The position numbers were made by a program, and so were the translations under genes. A DNA stretch of 64,000 nt from Basidiobolus meristosporus CBS 931.73 (taxonomy: Eukaryota; Fungi; Basidiobolomycota), in NCBI GenBank assembly GCA_002104905.1, contig MCFE01000073.1:62001-126000 (forward strand), read 5' to 3'. The notes below the pieces were generated by a model that was not told the DNA's origin, did no database searches, and worked only from the letters and a program-made list of their open reading frames with translations. Shown here one piece after another: positions 51,879 through 63,580 of the stretch (its first letter is position 1; every line of letters begins with the position of its first letter).

Positions 51879-52248
51879 AATATGAATATTCAGCTGAGTG
51901 GAAGTGTTGTAAATTTTGTGATTACACCTAAGTATTCGCCTAAATTGGTCAATTAGATCATAGTCTACAAATCCTAGAGAGTTCTGACCAAATTCCTTTC
52001 TGGGAGTTGGAATATTTTCACCAAAATATCAGGTACCCAGGATATCAGAAATTGACAAGTTGACCAAACAGCCCCAAACTTTGCACACATGTTCTTGGGA
52101 CCTTCCTAAGGGTATTCTACATGTTTGTTTTGCCAAGACCATGTAAAAGTATCAATACCACTTTTACATTCAGTAAATCATCAGGTGAAAACCACATAAT
52201 CTACTTGTTCTCCCAATCACTTCCAATATCACCAAAACTCTTACAACA
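51879..52248 (+). mobile_element. Copia-B PPT and 3' LTR (51905-52248), last repeat before the gene space
   Basis: cagctgagtggaag followed by TGTTGTAAA...CTTACAACA. Confidence 0.9.
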
Positions 52249-52352
52249 CTATCTACATTGCATTAAAGTCGATACCCCGCAACTATAGTGCCATACTGCC
52301 AAATTTCTGCCAAATCACTGACGCAACCACCGGAAATGACCAGAGAATGGGA

Positions 52353-52358
52353 TTTATT
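52353..52358 (-). terminator. Candidate polyadenylation signal (AATAAA) for DOM34
   Basis: AATAAA on the minus strand about 90 bp downstream of the DOM34 stop codon. Confidence 0.4.
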
Positions 52359-52446
52359 GGGTTGACCGCGCCGCCACCCGGATGGATGGAGTAAGGATGG
52401 GTGGCATGCTGCGGGAGGGGTTCTTCTAGACCCTGGTGGATCGAGG

Positions 52447-54045
52447 TCACTCCTCCTCTTCCTCGTCCATGTCGGGAAGCGGGAAATTGAGGATGGCGGC
52501 CACGCCGGTCAACTGTTCCAGTTCTATGAGCAACAACAAAGTACGAGGTGAGTATTTGGGAATCAACCGATGGATCCGAAAATGTACGAACGTTCGCCCG
52601 TCACGTGGAGGCTGGAGAAGATGTGCACCTTTCCCCCCATGGATCTGACCGACTCCACCAGGGCGATGTACTTCTTACGAGTGGCGATATCGGCGGCGCT
52701 AAGATCACCGATCGGCATTAGACACAGGGGAAGTGAGTAGATCGATACTGGACATTACCGGAAAAGACCGTCGGTTAGGAGCAACGTGTCGATCGCACCC
52801 ATCTCCTCCGCCCTCTTGATGTGATCGTACCCGTAGTAGGCTCTATCGGGGTCCTGGTTGAGCATCACGTAGAACCGATCGAGCGCCTTGATTTCTTGGG
52901 CTGCTTTGGTGTCGGCGAGCTTGGTCTGAATGGCGGAATCCTGCATGACTTCCTGCAGCGAATGCTTGTGACCACTGGAGCTGTGGATCAGCAAGAACTT
53001 TGGCTTGTTCTCTAGCAGGAGTTTGTTCTCGGTTTTCTAGTGGGTACGCGAGCAAACCACGATCAGGACGTCATCGATGCGAGGCACCCAACGAACCAGT
53101 AATGAACTTACCACCGCCTCGGCGAATATGTACTGATAGAGTTGATCCTTAGCGAGAGCGAGGTTAGCTTCGGGGCGAGGTTTACTTGGGGCGGCATGTC
53201 TTACCTTGACGAAACCTGGACTGGCGATGATCACGGTTTTGACGATGGAGAAGTCCACATGTCGGAGGATTCCCTCCATGACTTGCTGGTAGAACTTCTG
53301 CAGGCCTTTCTCGTAATTCGTGGTGGACCCCTTGCGTTTCCTGGGAACCGGGGTCTCGATCCTTTGTCGGACAATGGTCATGTTCTGCGTGAGCAAGCAG
53401 ATGTTCGCCAAGCCTACGGCCGGGGGAGGGGGAGGGGGAGGGGGAGTGGGTAAGTGTACGCTCGACACTGGGAACTTCCCCAAAACTCACCTTCTTGTAG
53501 AACAACCGCCGCGACATCCGCTTGCTTGGAAATATCGCAGGCCTCGTCGACGCGCTCCAAAGAGATGGTGTCCCATTCGGGCTTCAACAGGGTGAAGTTG
53601 CGGTTCAACTCCAAATCGATCGTGTGAAAAGCACCCAGCTAACGGACGGTACGCAACGTGGTCAGAAAGAGGTCGCTCGTACTTTCAGGGAGGGGAAAGT
53701 ACCTTGACGTATTTATTCTCGCTGATGTTCTGCCCGTTGATTCTCAACAAGCCGACCTGTGGGTCGAAGTTGACGTCGGACACGGTGATGGTCAGTGTCA
53801 GGCGAACCCTGGTGCTTTCAACCGAGCCGGTATTACTCTCGGACTGGACTCGTCTGGAAAGAAGGCTCGGTAAGTGGAGGCGTCGTGAAGGAGAATGGCC
53901 GGCTCACAAACCTGATGGTGACGGCCCTCAACTGATCTCCCACTTGGATCAGGTTGTACACATGCCACATGTCTTCCAACTCTTCGGGGTACAGCGTGAC
54001 ATACCCCGTTTTGTCCTTCTCTATATGCTTTTTGATAAGCTTCAT
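52447..54045 (-). CDS. DOM34: Pelota/Dom34 ribosome-rescue factor (eRF1 family), 8 exons
   Basis: [99 protein letters not shown] introns include 53854-53911, 53639-53702 and 53414-53490. Confidence 0.96.
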
Positions 54046-54197
54046 GGTTGAAATCTAATAATCCCTACGGACGTTGACAAGCATGAAAACCAGACATGCA
54101 GCTAATCATGACATCAACCAAACGTGATCCAAGAATTTTTTTGATCTGATGGTTTATTGGTGATCGTTGGTCAAGCCATCGGCCAGCACAGGTGGGA

Positions 54198-55755
54198 TTA
54201 GAGGGCATCTCCATTGGGCCCGCGATAGATGGCTATGGCGGCGGCGGTGCAAAGGAAAAACAGGAACCGGCACCATTTGAATATGCTTTTGATGATGGAT
54301 TTGACGATTTTTCTAAGCCAGCTGAGGGGCCCAGCAGGCCGCGGGGGACAGTCCTCCTCAGACGAACTCTCCCCAGACTCAATGGGGTCGAATGCCTCCT
54401 GAAGATACCCATTTCGGAGGGGTAATGGGGACTCGGGGCTATGGAATATGCCTAGTGAAGGATTCTCAGCAATGGGTGTGGATGTGATATACCCACTATG
54501 AGCAATGGTACGTGGTGTCATCAAGCGGTTGGATGTCCGGGGTGTAGACGTGCTGGGTGAGTTCCAGCTGTACTCAAGCTCATCAAGCAAGGTTCTCCTT
54601 TTCCTGGTGCTGCTGGCGGGAGTGTATCCCGAGCGTGCAAGGAAGCTGCTTCTGCTGGGACTGCGCGGGGAGAAAACCCTTGGGACCGAACGGGGGGAAA
54701 ACTGGGTGAAAATGCTCTGGATCCAGGAACCTTGATCTTCAACGGATTGCGATAGCTCGGCAACATGCATGGATTGCCTTTCAAACGCGCTTTCCAATTC
54801 TGCGTAGTCCTTGGTGGACTCCTCTAGCGTGTTGGCTTGAGCTGTAGTCTCCTCGAGCTGCGACAGCACTGATTGCAACCTCTGTTCGAGATCGGCTTTT
54901 TGGGTAACGATGGTGGCGTTTCGTTCCTCCAGTGAGGAAACCCTGCTTAGTAACATGTCTATCGTCTCATTCCCGATAGAACTCTCGATTTTCGACTGGG
55001 GTTTGACGGGAACCGATCTATCGGATTGTTGAGAGGGCGGTCGAAGTGGTAGGTCTTCCCGGTACCGCATGGAAAGGCTGTGGTTCCTATGCTCCAATCG
55101 TTGGATCGTTTGGCAGGCCAACTCCAGTTCGCGGCGTAAATGCTCCACCTCATTCTCCAATTTGGTTATCCGCCGCTCTTCCTTATCTCGAATCCCATTT
55201 TTTTCGTCCATTGCATGGTCCACCTTCTGCTGCAGGTCCAGATTCAGCTGCTCGAGAGAAGCGATAACCCGTTCTTCATCGTAATGGGTGGTGTGTCGTC
55301 TAAAGGCAGAACGAAGTCGTAGCTGTGCTGGGGGTGGTGGAGGCGGAGAAACCCCGTAATCGGCTTTCAACAGGTCTCCACTGCTGCGAGCGGGGTCTTC
55401 GCTCGGTACGTTCAACTGCTCAATATACTCGACCAGTTCTAGGTATTTCTCCTGCAATATATCGTTTTCCTCTATCACCATACTGCGCAGCTTCGCGGCA
55501 AGCGTTAGTTCTGTTGGGCAGGGAGAAAGGTTAACGTCAATCATGTATCCGCGCTACGGTATATAGTTGGTGGAGCATTGCTCGCTTCCAAGAAGCACAA
55601 ATGACAATATCCAAACCTCGGTCTTTCTCCATTATCAAACCGTAGGCTTCCCTCAAAAGCCTCTGAAATTCCTGCTTGGTGAATCTCCCGGAGGAAATAA
55701 GAGGACTGGGTCTGCTGGAGGGGCTCTCCACTGGCAAGGCCAGCAGAGCGTCCAT
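54198..55755 (-). CDS. Unknown coiled-coil protein (~483 aa) with a C-terminal hydrophobic anchor, 2 exons
   Basis: Exon 55755-55617, GT-AG intron 55511-55616 and exon 55510-54198 sum to 484 codons in frame. EKDRELTLAAKL motif, long heptad region, S/P/R-rich linker, hydrophobic FLFFLCTAAAIAIY near the C-terminus. Confidence 0.8.
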
Positions 55756-56237
55756 ATTGGATTCTGGAGCTAACTCCGGAAAATAGAACATCAGAGAATA
55801 GAGTGTTACAAGCCTATCTCCGGAGTGGTGTGGATATTATAAAGCATGGTTTGGAAATGCAAGTCATGAAAATTCGATGGATATGAAAGTGTAGATGGAT
55901 TGGATTCAGTACTAACTACTGAACACATTCGCCACATCTCATAAGCGAATAGTCAGACCGACCGGTCCAATCCGTAGATTATCATCCGCTCCGTTCTTTG
56001 CCTAGAGTCCTGAATTTATTTCCATGCGGGCCGAACCAATGGCGGATTTCTATATAACCTTAGTTACACCAATGATGGCGGCAAATGTGCCAGCTTCCCA
56101 AAACGGGCAAGCGCCTAATTAGGCAATCCCAGAATGCTCGGAATCTACTAAAATATAGAAGGCTCCTGTCTGTATAAAAGCACATGTGCTTCGATATAAA
56201 TTCAATGCAGTGGTAACCATCTGCGTAACATTATTTG
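55756..56237. promoter_or_regulatory. Divergent promoter region between the coiled-coil gene and PSD2
   Basis: CCAAT boxes at 55967 and 56036; TATA-like TATATAA at 56051 and TATAAAA at 56173; lies between two outward-facing ATGs. Confidence 0.45.
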
Positions 56238-58999
56238 ATGGTGGAGAGTGTCAGTATTGTATTTCAGCTGGCAATTATAGAGGGCTGCCAACTGCCAGCG
56301 AAAGATAGAAATGCCTCGTTGAATCCCTTCGTAGTGGTACTTCTTAACAATAGGAAAGCCCAAACCTTTGTGGTGCGCGGTAGCTTGAATCCCTTTTGGG
56401 ACCAGATGTTCAACTTCTCAGTAGAGCCGTCCGACTTCCCTCTATCCCTACAGTTGATCTGTTACGATAAGACTCGGATTGGCAAGAATTACATTGGCGA
56501 AGCTAACTTGTCCACTCATCACCTGGTGTTGGGGGAATTCCCAAAAACATGGGGACGAAGTGGAGTTGAGAATCTCCAGCTGGTTGACTACAAGAACAAG
56601 AAAAACCCTTGCCAGGAGCCAGGCTTTATCAAAGTTCGGTACGGGTTTGTCACTAGCGAAGATGACCTCTGCGATTTCGTCTCCTGGAGAGGAATCTGGG
56701 ACGCTATTTCGGCACAAAACCTTCCCATTTACAGGGGTATGTATCAGTCGGCTAAATCCTCTTTGGCACACAGCCCAAGCTTGGATACTTCGGCCAAAGA
56801 CTTCGACGACACGGAGAAAGAACTGACTGGTAAGTGTTCATCGTTTAACCACCAAAGCCTAACCCTGCTGAGCGGTATATCAATTCAGAGGCCACCACGG
56901 AGGATCTCATGTTCCACCAAGAGATTGCCAATCCGCCTATTTCCGCGCTGTCTAGTGATGAACCGCTTGAAGCCGACACACAAAACCCGCTCTTAGGGGT
57001 GGTATTCATCGACATTGTTTCCTCGCGCGAACTGCCCTACGATCGAAATTTGACTCGCACATCGTTCGACATGGACCCGTTTGTAGTGATTACACACGGT
57101 AAAGAGACGTTCAAAACCCGCTTTATACGCCACACACTTAATCCCACATGGAATGAGAGGCTCTACTTCCACGTTCGCCGCTCCTACCTGAACCACACGA
57201 TCAAGTTCTCCGTGTACGACCACGACAAGTTTAGTAACAACGATTTTGTTGGAAGTTGTGCCATGACGGTGCAGGATCTGCTGCACATTAAGGGTGGGAT
57301 GCCAATGTCCGAGAAAACCATCCCTCTAGCTCTGGCCAAAGACAAGTGGAAAGGCGTTTTCGAGTCCAGCCTAACCATTCGCACTGGTTTCAAAGCAGTC
57401 GAGGACCTACGCCGGACATTTTGGAGCGAACTGGCCAAAAGATACGACCTCGATGAAAGCGACTCACTCAACCATTTTGAGGTTCTGGCCATGTTGGAGA
57501 GCTTGCAAGCAGTGGCCCCCGAGAAGTTGGCCCGGGAATTTTTCACCGAGTCCGGAAAATCCCCCAACACTGAGGAGCTATCGTTCCCTGAGCTTGCCAC
57601 CTGCTTCGAGTCGTACGTTAGGGAAAACAACTGGGATTTGTTAAGAGGACCCAGCCTGGCCCAAGGACGCAACCTATTTCAAATTCCAACGTGTCCCATC
57701 TGCAACTCAACCAATCTGGAGGGAGTGGATATCATGATGCACATTGCCATCTGTTGTATGAGTGATCCAGAGGTGCAGGTCGATCGTTGGATGGTGAGCG
57801 ACTTCGTTCCCGAAGCATACGCGCAACGAAAGTGGTTTACCCGGGCAGTCAATCGACTAGGCTACGGGCGCTACCGAATCGGACAAAACAATGCCAACAT
57901 CATTGTCCAGGATAGAGCCACGGGCCAGCTGATCGAGGAGAAAATCCCCGCGTACATCCGGCTGGGCATTCGCCTTTTGTACAAAAACATTGCATCCAAA
58001 TCGGCGGTGGATATCAGAGCAAGTAAGAGTTTGCGTCTCTGCGCCGGATGCGAGTGCGTACTAATCTCATCTCTCCTAGTTCGCCGCCTTCTTAAGACCT
58101 CCTCCTTGAAGCAAGGGAGAAAGTTTGACGACCCGGTCTCTGTTCGGGATATCCGGCCGTTCATCCAATTCCATCAGATCAACACTGACGAGATCCAGGA
58201 TCCGTTAGAATCCTTCCAGAACTTCAACCAATTCTTCTACCGCAAGCTCAAGCCTGGAAGCCGGCCCCTCGCCTCCCCAGATGACCCCAGAGTGGTGGTG
58301 TCCCCCGCGGATTGTCGCTGTACATGCTTCTCCACTATTGATAAAGCCACCCGGCTGTGGATCAAAGGAGAGGAGTTCTCGATTGCTCGCCTGCTAGGGA
58401 ACCTCTCCGAAGAAAGCCAAGCCCTGGCCCAGATCTTCGAGAACGGGTCACTAGCCATTTTCAGGCTGGCCCCCCAGGATTATCATAGATTTCATTTCCC
58501 GGTAGATGGCCGAGTTCGGTCCCATCAACACATCGATGGCCACTACTTCACAGTAAACCCAATGGCAGTTCGGAGCGGCCTGGACGTCTTCGGGGAAAAC
58601 AAGAGGAGCGTATCCATCATCGAGAGTGAGCAGTTTGGCCTGGTTGGCTACGTTTCCATTGGCGCAATGATGGTAAGAGTGACATCCCTTCCTTCGAGAC
58701 CTCGTTCTCAATCGACTTCAATCTAGGTTGGCTCCATCGAGTTGACTTGTGAAGCAGGGCAGCGGTATTCTCGGATGGATGAGTTCGGGTATTTCGCATT
58801 TGGTGGCTCCACCATAGTGCTGATCTTCCAACAAGGGATGGTGAAATTCGATGCGGACTTGGAGGAAAACTCGCAGCATTTCCTTGAAACCCTGGTAAGT
58901 TTTTGTAGAGGAACGTGTGTCATTCACCACGCTCATTTGTTCTCTGCGTTACAGATTCGGGTGGGAAGCTCCATTGGGACAAGACCGGATGCTCTGTGA
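56238..58999 (+). CDS. PSD2: Phosphatidylserine decarboxylase 2 (two C2 domains, EF-hand-like region, PSD domain), 5 exons
   Basis: Two C2 domains, FNQFFYRKLKPGSRP, FRLAPQDYHRFHFP, and the GYFAFGGST autocleavage motif. Introns 56830-56888, 58023-58079, 58673-58726, 58895-58954. Confidence 0.96.
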
Positions 59000-59111
59000 G
59001 CGCTATCATACACATCATGTACACATACACCAAATATAACATCTATCAACGTTATCTAATATCTATAGATTCTATCAACATTTATTCATTAATTGCCAAT
59101 AAATATACCCT

Positions 59112-60707
59112 TCAGAGCAGCCCCTCCATCTCTTTCATGAAATCCTCGTATTCGTCGTTTGTTGAGTTGGCCACCGAAGAGGTCTGCTTCTCTTTAGCTG
59201 GAGCCTTGATAGCAGCAGCCTTCCCGAATATCGAGGCAGTTAGATTGGATAGGTCTGTAGTTGGGCGTACAGATGTCGATGGAGTAGCACTGCTATCATC
59301 CAGATCTGGTGCAGCGTTAATTTTCGGTCGGGCAACTTTAGGCACAGGTGGTGAGGTAACCCCGCCAGTGGCTTTTTTTCTTAGCACGGCAGCTGGAACT
59401 AATCTGGTGAGTTCCTTTTGCAGATCGCGAAGCTGTGGTGCGGCCGAGATGACCGCCGATGCGGCGACTGGTTTTTTTACCCCATCACCGCTGGGATTCT
59501 CTTGCTTGGGTCTGCTGGTGGGATAAGGAGCAGCCCGGTGTTCAGTTCGCGATGGCGGTGGGGGCGGGGGTGGGCGCCGCAAACCGCCAGGGGGCATGAA
59601 CGGAAAGCCTGGTGGCATCGGTGGATAGTATTGGCCTTTGGGAATGTGGATTAGAACAGTGCATTGACGCTACTAGCACATGTGCGAAGGCATACCAGGA
59701 GGTGGTGGTGGAACAGATCCAGGTCTCATGTGTGGCGGAAATGGTTGAAACGCATAGGGTGGTGGACGAGCAGAAGGTGGTGGTGGTGGGGCTCTTTGAG
59801 ACTGTACATGATCGGACGTGTTCTCGGAATGACTTCCAGTTGCACCCTCATCTTCGTCGTCGGAATAGTCCAAATTCTGCAGTGGGTTTGGTTGTGCTTC
59901 ATAGGAATCCATTAATACTCGGCTGGCAAATATTGTTATGAACGTTGCTCCTACCATGCTCTACGTAAGGAGCACCTGGTGGTGGCGCGCCGTATGGGTT
60001 TAGTGTTGGGTGATAATAAACTGATTTCGTTGGATCACGTCCAGATGTGTTTGCGAATGAAGGCGATGGTTCATTTTGGACACTTGGTGCACTAGTAGGG
60101 GAGAGAGAAAGTGAGAGAATGTTAATGAACGCGAAAATCCACTTGTGAAGGAAAATTGGCAACCTTTTAATCGCAATTCCGTGCTCCTGTAAATACAGTC
60201 CATTAGGTATCAAGCCGAATGCCTCTATAGCATACGTTAAGCCCTTACCTTCTTCACAGCATAGATCTTATTCAACTCCTCCTCGATCTCCGACAGCTTG
60301 GCTTTCCCATTTTTGTCCAGCTTTCTATCTCTGTCTGCGAATGCAAGGCTGTGTTGAATATCGACGGTCTGACGGCTCAAATTAAGGTTGATAATGTTCT
60401 TGATTTACCTAATTTTTTATATCTGGCTACCTCAGCCTCCAACTTCGTAGTGTCCTTCAAGGCAAGACTCACCTCTCGCTGCTTTTTCCTCTCTTCTTTA
60501 TTCTGGAAGCACAATGCGTACTAAGTCAACCGCGGCTCGATCATTTGAGACACCTAAACTACATACCCTCTTCAACTCCTTCTGTTTCATTTGCTTCCCT
60601 TTAGTAGACAATACATTTAGCAGGTGGGTACACGTAACGAGGCCCGAAAATAAAGGGAATTTACGATATGCATCGGCAGGATTTACACTACGACCACTCT
60701 TTCCCAT
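59112..60707 (-). CDS. WBP11: WW-domain-binding protein 11-like splicing factor, multi-exon
   Basis: MGKSGRSVNPADAYRKQMKQKELKRNKEERKK N-terminus, VYYHPTLNPYGAPPPG, proline-rich middle, C-terminal APQLRDLQKE...DEYEDFMKEMEGLL. Confidence 0.85.
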
Positions 60708-60910
60708 GTTCTAACTCTTACTAACAGCGAAGAACGGTGAGCCGAATCTAGCGATGAATTTATCAGAAGTGTCAGGATGGCTCCAGTGATTATTTCATTG
60801 ATCATCCAAATCCAGAATTTTCATGTAACGTGAGATTGGAGGGGAAATCAGCATACTCTATAGATGGTTGATGTATGGCTTTATTGTAATGTGTATGCTT
60901 CGAAAGAAAT

Positions 60911-61591
60911 CTATAATTTGGCTTTTTGAGCACCAGCCTCGGCAAGAAGGAACTCAACCGTGGACTTGATACCCTCTGGCTTGACCTTGGGATCGAATCG
61001 GGCAACCACCTTGCCATCCTTATCAATGATGAATTTCTGTGTGGAGAGTTGGTGAATACCTCTAGCAACAATCGTAGTGAGTACTATACTGTATATCCAT
61101 TTACCTCGAAATTCCAACGGATGTCCTTGCCGGCCCTCAAGAATTTGTAAAGTGGATGGGCTTCGTCACCATTCACGTTGCTGGAAGACAGAGAAAGGAG
61201 TTAGAGAGGGAGTGGTGCGGGGACCCAGAGTAACCTACATTTTCTTCATGATAGGGAAAGTCACTCCATAATTGAGGGAGCAGAAAGACTGAATTTCCTC
61301 CTCAGAACCTGGCTCCTGATCTTTGAATCTGAAGCACAAAGTGAGCAAGTTCCCGCGGTGCGTCAAGGGAGTGTTCTGTACTTACTGGTTGCAAGGGAAA
61401 CCGAAAATCTGCAGTCCTTCCCCCTTATGCTTCTGGTAAAGCTCTTCGAGGCCAGCGTATTGTGGAGTGAGGCCACACTTCGAAGCGACATTGACGAAGA
61501 TGACAACGCTGCCCTTCAAGTCGGAAAATTGGATGGTTTTTCCCTGAGCAGTAGTAGCAGTGAAATCGTAGATAGTGTTGGTGACCGACAT
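60911..61591 (-). CDS. GPX: Glutathione peroxidase (cysteine type), 4 exons
   Basis: [24 protein letters not shown] and WNFEKF motifs joined across three GT-AG introns. Confidence 0.95.
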
Positions 61592-61781
61592 CTTGAATTT
61601 TTCGCCAAGTTCCCGTCAGCCATTCACTGGCAATATAAAGGACCCCGGACCACGTGGAGATGAGATGAATATTATCTATTTGTGTCACTTTATTGGAGCG
61701 AAGTGCTGATTATCACTGAGTTGTGTGAATGTGGAGAAAATTACATGATGGTATGAAGGGGATCAAGCTTGGGGAACTTCG

Positions 61782-62374
61782 TTAGACCAAGTTGCGAGTT
61801 CCCGAAGGGATTTTGCAGGTAATCCCATCAAGCTCAGGCCTCATAACGATTTGGCAGCCTAATCTGGAACTATGGAACAATGATAAATCAGCTTGTCGGT
61901 CTGCGATAATATCACCAAGAGAATACTTACGTGTCAGTTAACCCGAAGGCCAAGTCGAGCATATCGTTTTCCTCATCGCTCGGCTCCTCTAGTTTGTCGT
62001 AATATTCTTTGGGAAGCACCACGTGGCAAGTGGAGCATGCAAGAGAACAATCACAGGCACCTGAAATGAGTTTGCGCATTGGTTAATGCAGCCGCTTTGG
62101 AAAGCTTGGTCTGAGAAAGAGCTACCTTCGAGGTCTATGTAGTTGTTGTGGGCGATTCTCATGATGCTTTCCCCCTCCGGGGCCTTGACCGTAAAACGCT
62201 CCCCCTCTTCCGTAATGAAGTTAACTGTCAAGCTGCTTGGACAATCGGTTTTAGTCTGATGCTTGCTACCGGTCAAGAGACGATGCCATACCTCTTATTA
62301 GACATGGACCGTGTCCAGCCCAAGCGAGAAGTCACTGGAGCCACGCGTCGAATGGTTGAGACGAATAACGACAT
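61782..62374 (-). CDS. YAH1: Mitochondrial [2Fe-2S] ferredoxin (adrenodoxin family), 4 exons
   Basis: Arg/Ser-rich presequence, [36 protein letters not shown]. Confidence 0.93.
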
Positions 62375-62690
62375 CGAATTACTTGGACCTAAACACCAAA
62401 ACTGACCTAGCGACCTCCAGGTATTTAATCAGCAGAACAAACCCAACCACCATCTTCATCTTGATGAAAATATTTTCCCAATTAGCTCTTGTATTGGACA
62501 GGATTTGTATCACGTTGACACGATGGTTAAATCTCCCATCAGGATAAGCCACTCAGTACCATGGGATCTACTGCACTTATTAGTATAGTTCAAGATAGAT
62601 TAAGATTAGATTAAATGGAGTAATCCGTATCAAACACTGGTCAACTAGGTTTATTGACGTACAAGTGGGTAGTGTACAATTGGGCTACTG

Positions 62691-63222
62691 CTAGTTCTTT
62701 TCATTTACCAAGGTACCAACATGCAAATACTTGCTAGAGAACGTGTCATCCCAACCCTTGAGGTTTCCCCATTCTTCTTCCGTGAGGTCGGAGAGGGTGT
62801 CGATGGGCTGGTCCAACGGGGTCAGCATCTCCTCATCGAACGAATGCTTGGCCAAACCACGGCTTGCATCGTGACCGGCAAAGTTACCATAAGGCCCATC
62901 TATGAAAACCGCTCAATTAGAAACCCTTCTTAATAACCAAGAATCGGAGTAAATACTCACCGGGGCCATAAAACTTCTTTCCAGAAGTCACATCGTAGAC
63001 CTTTCCATTCACACCCATCAGGATTCTTGAGCTCTTGATCCCATCGAACTCGGCCAATTCTTTAGGCGTGTAGATCTTGAAAACCACCGTTTCAGGATGC
63101 TGTGGCGGAGGGATGTTTTCAGGCTCGAAGTTGAAGTAAGAGTAGGCGATGTATGTGGCGCCCAAAAGAAGCACCCAGTTTACTGGGTTTTGCGTCAACT
63201 GCTCAAACAAAGTGGCGATCAT
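62691..63222 (-). CDS. DAP1: MAPR/cytochrome b5-like heme- and steroid-binding protein, 2 exons
   Basis: N-terminal transmembrane segment, [46 protein letters not shown]. Confidence 0.93.
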
Positions 63223-63580
63223 CTTGGAGAAAATTCTCAGCAGCAGAGAAGGCCGGACTAACAGAGTAATGGGATGGACTTGGGTGGGTTGCTTGTAACC
63301 ACCTCATTGGCTGATCAGGCAAAATCGGCCCAGCGGATTAATCATATGTACAAAGCCCGGCTCAGAAGATAGCCACATTCATCCGATTTGCGATGACAAA
63401 TAGATTTATTTCCGCAATGTCACCTGATTTTGATCAGGCTCAGCACCTCCTTCGATGCAAATTAGATTTAGTGGTGAAGGAGGCTGATATATTAGGTGAA
63501 TGGACAAAGTCAAAAGCTTGGCATATTATTAAATACAAGGAGGTAATGTATGTATAAGGTGATGATGGGGAAGGGGTGCT

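Noticed and set aside
1-52248. Classical ascomycete RIP as the cause of the AT-richness
   Set aside because: The differences checked between copies are mostly at CpG, and a young repeat is largely unmutated. Methylation-driven decay explains this better. A CpA component is left open in the findings.
52282-52320. tagtgcc/tgccaaat words resembling the foldback element's subterminal repeats
   Set aside because: Too short, with no terminal AGACTTG and no TSD; consistent with chance.
57184-57672. Long antisense ORFs overlapping PSD2, DOM34 and the coiled-coil gene
   Set aside because: Expected by-products of GC-rich coding sequence; no independent motifs or splice signals.
61470-61490. Selenocysteine in the glutathione peroxidase
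   Set aside because: The catalytic codon is TGT (Cys), not TGA.
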